Positions 49,456-56,696 of a DNA stretch of 56,696 nucleotides are shown one piece after another. The stretch is taken from positions 1-56,696 of the forward strand of contig CAYGSW010000002.1 of the NCBI GenBank assembly GCA_964352535.1, in the 5' to 3' direction. Both the position numbers and the translations under genes were made by a program. The notes under the pieces are model-generated. The model made no database searches and was not told the origin of the DNA. It saw nothing but the letters and a program-made list of their open reading frames with translations. This DNA comes from an uncultured Granulosicoccaceae bacterium. Its GTDB lineage: Bacteria > Pseudomonadota > Gammaproteobacteria > Granulosicoccales > Granulosicoccaceae. Within the stretch, counting starts at the first letter, position 1; each line of letters starts with the position of its first letter.

Positions 49456-50105
49456 GCCATTCACCGACGCATTCTTCGCGCGCAATGCGAGCACGTGCTG
49501 CCAGACGCACGGTGCAAGGCTTTACGCTCATCGAGTTGCTGGTCGCGATGTTTTTGCTGGCGATTCTGGGTACCGCAGGTTTCCAGATGCTGTTTCAGAT
49601 TACTGCAACACGTGATCGCATCGAGGCTCAATCTGCGCGACTGAGCGAGTTGCAACGTACGTTCTACTGGCTGGCGGAAGATGTTACGCAAGTTGTTGAG
49701 CGACCGGTGCGTTCAGCGTTTGACGGGCAGCTTGCTCCACTGCAATTCAATATCCAGGGTGAAAACCTGTTTGAATTCACGCGGGCTGGCTGGTCAAACC
49801 CGGCAGCCGATGTCTCGCCTGCGCGCTCAAACCTTCAGCGCGTGGCCTATGCGCTGGAAGACGACAAGCTGATCCGGCAGTATTGGTATCATCTGGACAC
49901 GATTAACGAGCAGCCTGCCAAACGTCGCCAGTTGCTCACCGGTGTAGAAGCCATGACGTTTCGTTTTCTGGATACCAGCGGCGAGTGGAAAGAAAGCTGG
50001 CCGCCATCGGATATCGAGGAGCCGGGACTCCCGGCTGCTGTCGAGTTCACCCTGGAGTTGCAGGACTACGGAAACGTGGTTCGGCTGTTTGCACTTCCCG
50101 GATGA
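49452..50105 (+). CDS. gspJ: Type II secretion minor pseudopilin J
   Basis: GFTLIELLVAM, FTRAGWSNP, LQRVAY.LEDDKL.R, W...WPP...LP.AVE. Confidence 0.92.
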   Translation: MSHSPTHSSRAMRARAARRTVQGFTLIELLVAMFLLAILGTAGFQMLFQITATRDRIEAQSARLSELQRTFYWLAEDVTQVVERPVRSAFDGQLAPLQFNIQGENLFEFTRAGWSNPAADVSPARSNLQRVAYALEDDKLIRQYWYHLDTINEQPAKRRQLLTGVEAMTFRFLDTSGEWKESWPPSDIEEPGLPAAVEFTLELQDYGNVVRLFALPG

Positions 50106-51196
50106 ACAGGCTGCTTACATTGCGGCAAGTTGTGCACCTGTCATCGCGCAAGCGCCAATCGGGTGTCGCCATCATTACCGCCATGCTGGTGATTGCACTG
50201 GGTACGATCACCATGGTGGCCATCAATTCCAGCCAGCAGCTGGACATGCAGCGTGAACGTAATGAAGGACTCATACAGCAAGCGCGGGCGTTCGGTATCA
50301 GTGGTGAGCGCTTTGCGGCAGCACTGTTATATCGTGACGTACAGGCAGAGCTGCGCGGTAACAGCGATTCATTCGACGATGACTGGGCGCAGACTATACC
50401 GCCAGTGCCGATTGACAACGCCTCTATTCAGGGTTGCATTGTGGATATGCAAGGGCGGTTCAATCTGAACAATCTGGTCAATGCTGAAGGTGTGGTGCAA
50501 CCATCGTACGATGGCCAGTTCAGACGTCTGTTGCAGGCGCTCAATATCGAACCGACCAAAGCGGATGCCGTTGTTGATTGGGTCGACAGCGATATCAATT
50601 TCACGGGTGACGGTGCTGAAGACGATTACTACACAGGTTTAGAGGTGGGTTACAGAGCCGCAAACGCGCCGTTTGTCAGTGTCACCGAGCTGCAGCTGGT
50701 CAAGGGTTTCAGCAGCGCCGTGGAGGCTGAGGCCGAGGATTTTGAGCTGCTGTTGCCGCACATTTCGGCCTTGCCTGTCACAGATCAGCCTACCGCTGTG
50801 AATGTGAACACGGCCACTCCTGAAGTGCTGGCATCCATCTCCGAGGTAATAGCCGGCAATGAGGCGTCCTTGTCCCGATGGGATACAGGTGCTTATGAAG
50901 ACTATCCGGACTGCGAAGATATCTTCGATCTGGATGTTGATGATGCACCGCAGACGCTGGAGGGCGCTAACCGCGAGGTTATTCCTTATCAGGCGCTGGA
51001 GGATTTCATCATCGAGGTGCCACTTCCGGAGGGACAGGAGTTTCCCCGCGATATCGCTCTGGATGTGAAAAGCAGCTATTTTCAGGTACGTATTGACGTG
51101 GAAGCTGAAGGAATCCGGCTCTCGCAGTACACTCTGTTCGAACGCGACGGTTCAGGCCGAACCCGAGTAATCTATCGCTCACGCGATACGCTTTAG
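50102..51196 (+). CDS. gspK: Type II secretion minor pseudopilin K
   Basis: QSGVAIITAMLV, D.QGRFNLNNL, DWVDSD, VNVNTA.PEVL, S.YF.V. ATG at 50102 overlaps the gspJ stop. Confidence 0.92.
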   Translation: MNRLLTLRQVVHLSSRKRQSGVAIITAMLVIALGTITMVAINSSQQLDMQRERNEGLIQQARAFGISGERFAAALLYRDVQAELRGNSDSFDDDWAQTIPPVPIDNASIQGCIVDMQGRFNLNNLVNAEGVVQPSYDGQFRRLLQALNIEPTKADAVVDWVDSDINFTGDGAEDDYYTGLEVGYRAANAPFVSVTELQLVKGFSSAVEAEAEDFELLLPHISALPVTDQPTAVNVNTATPEVLASISEVIAGNEASLSRWDTGAYEDYPDCEDIFDLDVDDAPQTLEGANREVIPYQALEDFIIEVPLPEGQEFPRDIALDVKSSYFQVRIDVEAEGIRLSQYTLFERDGSGRTRVIYRSRDTL

Positions 51197-51213
51197 CCAT
51201 AGCAGGAAATACC

Positions 51214-52428
51214 GTGTCCAAACACGTCATAATTTATATGCCTTTGATAGGCGAGGATTTGGTCCAGTGGGCCACCTCGGATGAAAAGGGAACACTGACC
51301 ACTGCGGTGCGTGAAGGCACGTTACGCGAGGCCGCTGATAGCGTGGAGGGTAGACGGGCAACGCTTATCCTGCCCGCCGACGATGTGCTGATTGCGCAGA
51401 CTGTGGTGCCAGGTGGCTCGCTGGCGCGGGCTCAGCAAGCGGTGCCTTTCGCACTGGAAGAGCAAGTGGCTGATGATGTGGAAGACCTGCACTTTGCATT
51501 GGGTACTAAAAACCGCGACGATGAATATCCGGTGGCGGTTATTGCTCGCGACGTCATGGATGATGTAACAGCACGATGCGCCGACGCCGGTCTGCGGCCG
51601 ACAGAGATTGTGCCAGAGACACTGGCGCTACCCGTGCTAAAAGCTGCAGCCAGCGATATCAACGTCTGGAGTGCTTTACTCGATCATGGTCGTGCGGTGG
51701 TTCGTCTTGGTGAGTACCAGGGTTTTGCAACCGATGCTGCCATGGCCAGCATGATGATTGAGGGTGCGCTGTCGGGTTCTGAAGAGCACGTGCAGAATTC
51801 TCTGGTGGCGTTCAGCATTGATTCTGCAACACAACTGGAAGTGCCAGCCAGTCTTGATCTGGAAGTCCGTCATTGCGATCATCGACTGGCCCTTTATGCC
51901 AGCGGTCTGGCATCCTCAGCGCGCGTGAATCTGTTGCAAGGTGTCTACAATCCCAAGAAGGATTTTGACAAGACCTGGAAACCGTGGCGAGCCACGGCAA
52001 TTCTTGCTGCCTGCGTGTGTGCTGTTCTGTTTGCTGGCAAGTGGTTTGAGCTGCGTGAGCTGCAACAGCAGGAAGCTGCGCTTGATACTCAGATCGCCAG
52101 TGCATTCGCGCAGGCGTTGCCGGGTACCAGGATGCAACGTCCCAGACGTCAGATACAATCGGCGCTGGAAAATATTGGTGCCGTTAACACGGACGGCTTT
52201 ACCAGCCGGTTGGCACAGATAGCCGCCAGCCTTTCAACACAGCCGCAGACACAACTCAGGACCATCGGTTATCGTAACGGGCGTTTCGATCTTGATCTGA
52301 ATACCGATGATGTACCGACGCTTGATGTGCTCAAATCCGAGCTGGGCAAGCGTGGGTCGTTGAACATGACGGTGCAGTCTGCAAACCGTGAAAACAACAC
52401 GGTGCGTGGTCGTGTTCGCATTGAATAG
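51214..52428 (+). CDS. gspL: Type II secretion protein L
   Basis: AVPFALEEQVADDVEDLHFA, NLLQG.Y, TM followed by periplasmic domain. Confidence 0.92.
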   Translation: MSKHVIIYMPLIGEDLVQWATSDEKGTLTTAVREGTLREAADSVEGRRATLILPADDVLIAQTVVPGGSLARAQQAVPFALEEQVADDVEDLHFALGTKNRDDEYPVAVIARDVMDDVTARCADAGLRPTEIVPETLALPVLKAAASDINVWSALLDHGRAVVRLGEYQGFATDAAMASMMIEGALSGSEEHVQNSLVAFSIDSATQLEVPASLDLEVRHCDHRLALYASGLASSARVNLLQGVYNPKKDFDKTWKPWRATAILAACVCAVLFAGKWFELRELQQQEAALDTQIASAFAQALPGTRMQRPRRQIQSALENIGAVNTDGFTSRLAQIAASLSTQPQTQLRTIGYRNGRFDLDLNTDDVPTLDVLKSELGKRGSLNMTVQSANRENNTVRGRVRIE

Positions 52429-52476
52429 CCGCGCCGGGCCTACCTGTAAAACCGACAACACAATGATGAGTAAACG

Positions 52477-52950
52477 ATGAAAGACTGGTACTTACGCCAA
52501 ACACCGCGTGATCGTTTTATTGTGGTCCTGGTGGGGGCACTGACCCTGATCGGAATGCTTTACGCCCTTGCTTGGTATCCGCTGACCACACGTCATGCGC
52601 AAACTCGGCAAGCCATTGTGGCCAAGCAAGATACCTTGCAATTCATCCAGTCTGCTGCGGTACAGCTTCAGGGTGCATCTGCCAGTGCCCAGAGCGTTCG
52701 CAAGAGCTCTGACAAAGCACCTTATCTGCTTATTGATCAGGTAATTCGTGAAGCGGCAATGGATCCTCCTGAGCGTGTCGAGCCCAGCGGTTCCGATGGC
52801 GCGCGGGTTCAGTTTGCAGAGGTGGAGTTTGACAAGCTGGTTGGCGTGATAGCAGAACTTGAGCTGTACGGCTTACAGGTGTCGACGATGACCATCAGCC
52901 GCAAAAATCAGGGTACCGTCAGTGCGCGGTTCAACATGGAGCGAAGTTGA
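52477..52950 (+). CDS. gspM: Type II secretion protein M
   Basis: W....PRDR, single TM, W.PL, V.FD.LV..I..L. Confidence 0.88.
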   Translation: MKDWYLRQTPRDRFIVVLVGALTLIGMLYALAWYPLTTRHAQTRQAIVAKQDTLQFIQSAAVQLQGASASAQSVRKSSDKAPYLLIDQVIREAAMDPPERVEPSGSDGARVQFAEVEFDKLVGVIAELELYGLQVSTMTISRKNQGTVSARFNMERS

Positions 52951-53723
52951 TGAGAGTTGTCTGGCTGATCTTTGTCGGACTTCTCTCCTATTTGGTTGCC
53001 GTAGTGGTGCTGTTTCCGGCAACCCCTGTAGTGGACCGAATTCGGCCACAGCTTGGCCCTGTAGCGCTCGAAGGTGTCAACGGGAAATTTTACAACGGCG
53101 TGATTGATAGCGTCCGCTCCACAGATGATCTTCTCCCGCTGGAATTCAGCAACGTGGGCTGGACACTGGCGCCACGCACACTGTTTAAAGGCGGCGCTGG
53201 GGCATCGTTTCGGTTTGAAGGCTACGGCGGCCAGGGACAAGGTGTGGCGGCGCGACAGTGGAACGGTGATATCACGGTCAGTGACTTTAATTTCACGGCA
53301 TTGGCCAAGGAGCTTGAACCTTTGCTGCCTGTACCCATTGCCAGCTTCAACGGCAACCTGTCTGGGGACATCAAGGAAATAACACTGGTTGACGAGTTAC
53401 TAACGCGCTTTGAAGGAACGCTGACCTGGAGCAACGCGTTACTGGAATCTCCGGTGCCTACTGCGTTGGGTGATGTCAACGTCCGGATAGTTCCCGATGG
53501 GGCGCGAACACACGTGATCACTCTCAGTGCCAGTGGCGGTGATGTGAGCATGGATGGCACCGTCAGCGTAACGCTGACAGGTGACTTTAATGCCGATGTG
53601 TTGTTTACACCTGCGGCCAATGCACCCTCGGCGGTTGTCAATGGCTTGCGTCAGATGGGACGGCCCGACGCCCAGGGACGAGTTCGTTTTGTTCGGCAAG
53701 GCAATGTGAATCGTCTGATGTGA
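52947..53723 (+). CDS. gspN: Type II secretion protein N
   Basis: Y...VV.LFPA, GV.G....G, G.L.W.NA, G..D.QGR, follows gspM. Confidence 0.82.
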   Translation: MMRVVWLIFVGLLSYLVAVVVLFPATPVVDRIRPQLGPVALEGVNGKFYNGVIDSVRSTDDLLPLEFSNVGWTLAPRTLFKGGAGASFRFEGYGGQGQGVAARQWNGDITVSDFNFTALAKELEPLLPVPIASFNGNLSGDIKEITLVDELLTRFEGTLTWSNALLESPVPTALGDVNVRIVPDGARTHVITLSASGGDVSMDGTVSVTLTGDFNADVLFTPAANAPSAVVNGLRQMGRPDAQGRVRFVRQGNVNRLM

Positions 53724-54008
53724 GTTGAGACTGGTACTGCGTGGAGAATAAAGTCGCGTGAAGGTTTCTCTATTGCCCTGTGGAATTCACGCTCAACAGG
53801 TAGATATTCATCACCGGTTTATACTGAACTATATCAACACAGCACTTGCCCAAATGACGATGACGCATTAGTGTAGGGACTGGAGTGGAGATGGAATGCA
53901 TGACCTTGGCTGGCGAAGAGCGATACACAATCGAGCATATGTATAAAGATGCTCAATAAAAGTGTTTACATGCCGCTAGATAGTTAAGTCTTAAACGATG
54001 CTCACGCC

Positions 54009-54830
54009 ATGAGTTTCGATCTGCCAACCGCCCATCGCCTCACTCACGAAGCCCTGAGTATTGCTCAACTTGCCGGCGAGCGTATCGTTGAGGTGTACGG
54101 TAGCGACTTCGACGTGGAGATCAAGAGCGATAATACGCCGGTTACCACTGCAGACCTGGCTGCTCACGACATTATCATCGACAAGTTGCAGCAACTGACG
54201 CCTTGCCTGCCTGTGTTGTCCGAAGAATCTGACGACATTTCGTTCGAGGAGCGCAACCGCTGGCCCAGCTACTGGCTGGTGGATCCACTGGACGGGACGC
54301 GGGAATTCCTGCGCAGAAACGGTGAGTTTTCCGTCAATATCGCTCTGGTGCACAATAACGTACCGATTGCCGGCGTTATATACGCGCCGGTTCTGGATGT
54401 CTCGTATTTCGCCACACGCGGTATGGGCGTCTTCAAACAGACGGGTTCCTCCGAACCACAACCCATTCACGTGCGCAACGCATCCTCTCCCGTGACGGTT
54501 GCCAAAAGCCGCAGCCCCAAAATTGGCCCAAGGCTGCAGTATTTTCTGGATGATCTGGGTGAGCACGAAGAGATTCCCATGGGATCGGCGCTAAAATCGT
54601 GCCTCGTGGCGGAAGGTGCCGCTGACATTTACGCACGGCTTGGTCCCACGGGTGAGTGGGATACCGGTGCTGCTCAGTGTATTGTGGAGGAGGCTGGAGG
54701 TTACATCCGCGACATTCACAGCCAGAATCTAACCTATAACGAGCGCGAATCGCTGATAAATCCGGCTTTTCTGGTGTTTGGTGATGATCGTATAGACTGG
54801 ACACAACATCTACCACCAGAAGCCCTTTAG
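54009..54830 (+). CDS. cysQ: 3'(2'),5'-bisphosphate nucleotidase
   Basis: K.DNTPVT.AD, WLVDPLDGTREF, GSALK.CLVAEG.AD.Y.RLGPT.EWDTGA. Confidence 0.95.
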   Translation: MSFDLPTAHRLTHEALSIAQLAGERIVEVYGSDFDVEIKSDNTPVTTADLAAHDIIIDKLQQLTPCLPVLSEESDDISFEERNRWPSYWLVDPLDGTREFLRRNGEFSVNIALVHNNVPIAGVIYAPVLDVSYFATRGMGVFKQTGSSEPQPIHVRNASSPVTVAKSRSPKIGPRLQYFLDDLGEHEEIPMGSALKSCLVAEGAADIYARLGPTGEWDTGAAQCIVEEAGGYIRDIHSQNLTYNERESLINPAFLVFGDDRIDWTQHLPPEAL

Positions 54831-54866
54831 ACTATCCACGACGTCATTGATTTACCCAAGGACCTT

Positions 54867-55361
54867 GTGAGTACACCATTCAGTACCCCAGAAGAGGCAG
54901 AAGCTGCCTTTTACGATGCCATAGAGCGAGCTGATCTGGCTGCGTTGGACGCTGTCTGGTCGACCGACGAGAACATTGTGTGCGTGCATCCAGGTGCTTC
55001 CCGGATAGAGGGGCGCAGTGCGGTTATGCAGAGCTTTGAGCTGATGTTTGCGGAGGCCCCCATTCTGGATTTCTCCATCGTTGATACCCTTTACACCGGC
55101 AACGACTCTCTGGCTATACATCTTGTCAGGGAAGAGATCGCGCTGGATGGGCAGGTCGTCAGCATCATGGTATCCACCAATATCTATCAGATGGAAGGCG
55201 GTGGCTGGCGCATGCTTCTACACCACGCCTCTCCAGAGCCAGATTCGGCGTTTCACGATGAGCTTGATGATTTTCAGAGTTTTGAAGGAAGCGGCTACGA
55301 CGATCTGGATGATGACCTGGACGATTGGGAGGAGCCTGCAAGGCCACCGGTTTTGCACTAG
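54867..55361 (+). CDS. SnoaL/NTF2-like (YybH-like) protein with acidic tail
   Basis: AEAAFYDA, CVHPG, TNIY......WRMLLHHAS. Confidence 0.85.
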   Translation: MSTPFSTPEEAEAAFYDAIERADLAALDAVWSTDENIVCVHPGASRIEGRSAVMQSFELMFAEAPILDFSIVDTLYTGNDSLAIHLVREEIALDGQVVSIMVSTNIYQMEGGGWRMLLHHASPEPDSAFHDELDDFQSFEGSGYDDLDDDLDDWEEPARPPVLH

Positions 55362-55603
55362 GAGGCTGTCCGAGAATAAGCTGATCGGCCGACGGCGGCC
55401 CCCCCCCGAGAGCGCGATATTTTGGCCAGATTTCCGCGTAACAGGATTTCGCGGGTCTACGTCAGTGTCAATTGGCGTGAATCCGTTTGCCTCACCAGGC
55501 GCAAGCGGTTTACTCGTATCATGTACAGTCTGAAGATCGGTTGGTTTTTTGTAGTTTCGTCCGGCCTGAAACGGGCGGCCTCATGTTCTGGTAACTCTGT
55601 GCC

Positions 55604-56119
55604 ATGCGCAAGCCTCTACAGCAAAATTACTTTTTCAAGGACAGATACGCTGCAGTATCACCATCGTGGGTGAAATTTGGCCAGACCAGCTATGCGGTTC
55701 GTTCCATCATGAGACTGGATTTCAAGAATCATCAGATACCTCGCCCCGCCAAGTATTCGCTGTTCTTTTTTTCACTCTTACTGGTGGCGTTTAGTGGTGT
55801 GCACGTTGTCAATGGAAGCCTTCCCGAGTTGTTGGCAAAACTGCTGCTCGGAGCCTCGCTGTGCGTGTTCGCTTGCGCTTTCTGGCTGGCCTTCCTCAGA
55901 CCTGTGCGATATCAGATTATCATTACGCTGTTTGATGGAACTCACGGTGTTAACAAGCGGTACAGCCTGGCCCAGGCACAGAGCCTTCATGAGGCAATTA
56001 CGCGCGCAATGGATTGGCATCAGGGATGTAGCGGTGGCAGCCAGGTGCCCATGATTGATACCTTGGCCAGCAGACGTAAAACCGCTAATGCCCGAACCTG
56101 GGCAAGCACTCAGCGTTGA
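55604..56119 (+). CDS. DUF6232-like membrane protein
   Basis: N-terminal FG.TSYA..SI segment, two TMs, C-terminal AI..AM. Confidence 0.55.
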   Translation: MRKPLQQNYFFKDRYAAVSPSWVKFGQTSYAVRSIMRLDFKNHQIPRPAKYSLFFFSLLLVAFSGVHVVNGSLPELLAKLLLGASLCVFACAFWLAFLRPVRYQIIITLFDGTHGVNKRYSLAQAQSLHEAITRAMDWHQGCSGGSQVPMIDTLASRRKTANARTWASTQR

Positions 56120-56156
56120 CCAGCGCATACATACCCACAACAGATACCTATCTTTA

Positions 56157-56696
56157 ATGGATAAAGCGTTGCCGGCAGGCGATCAGCAACACGCACGGGG
56201 TATCGCCTTGATGGTGTTGGCCATGGCTGCATTTGCCATTGCTGACATGTTCATCAAAATGGCCGCAGGGGCGATGTCGTCAGCACATACCACCTTGTTG
56301 CTAATGGGCGGATCGTTGCTGATTTTCATCCTGCTGGCGAGTGTGCAAGGTGAGCGTCTGATGAGTCGGGATGCTTTCTCGCCGGTGTTGCTGGTGCGCT
56401 ATGTCGCCGAGATCACAGGTACTTTTGGCATGGTCCAGGCACTTCGCCTGGTGCCTCTGTCAACCGTTGGTGCCATCTTGCAGGCAACTCCGCTGGTGGT
56501 GGTGCTGGGTGCCGTTCTTGTGTTGGGTGAGAAGGTAAGTTGGCGCCGTTGGAGCGCTATTGTTCTGGGATTCATCGGCGTTCTGTTAGTCGTGCAGCCG
56601 GGTGCTCAAGCCTTCGATGTGAACGTGCTGTGGGCTGTGTTAGCCATGCTGGGTTTGTCAGTCCGCGATCTCACCACACGTGTGACGCCTGTTGGT
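56157..56696 (+). CDS. DMT/EamA family transporter (5' part, runs off window edge)
   Basis: Hand translation: GIALMVLAMAAFAIADMFIK...AL.LVPLSTV.AILQATPL...LGEKVSWRRWSAI..GF.GVLLVVQPG. Not in the supplied ORF track. Confidence 0.88.
   Translation, partial: MDKALPAGDQQHARGIALMVLAMAAFAIADMFIKMAAGAMSSAHTTLLLMGGSLLIFILLASVQGERLMSRDAFSPVLLVRYVAEITGTFGMVQALRLVPLSTVGAILQATPLVVVLGAVLVLGEKVSWRRWSAIVLGFIGVLLVVQPGAQAFDVNVLWAVLAMLGLSVRDLTTRVTPVG

Overview
56.7 kb of chromosomal DNA from a Gammaproteobacterium. The gene order and proteins look Granulosicoccus/Chromatiales-like, which is my impression and not a database result. Most of it is housekeeping: partial envC, pepN, csp, fadD, ychJ, sucA-sucB-(2 inserted genes)-lpdA, rimK-like, pldA, gmk-rpoZ-spoT-ridA-recG, gspG-N and cysQ. 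There is no intact transposase, integrase, rRNA, tRNA or CRISPR array. The most notable items are: (1) a GT2 glycosyltransferase whose motifs and C-terminal domain resemble eukaryotic B3GNTL1/QTGAL (queuosine-tRNA galactosyltransferase), coupled to a thioredoxin-like gene; (2) a ~10.5 kb receptor-less signalling cluster of GAF-PAS-PAS-GGDEF-EAL, a CheB-CheR-coiled coil-PAS-REC fusion, a hypothetical protein, an orphan Tat-exported solute-binding protein and a divergent TorS-like histidine kinase; (3) a sucC truncated to its ATP-grasp domain, with no sucD; (4) a RimK fused to an RCK-C/TrkA-C domain facing an M14 deacylase; (5) a rhombosortase divergent from the T2SS pseudopilin operon; (6) several long palindromic MITE-like elements whose termini coincide with stop codons of the neighbouring genes, plus a heptamer VNTR.
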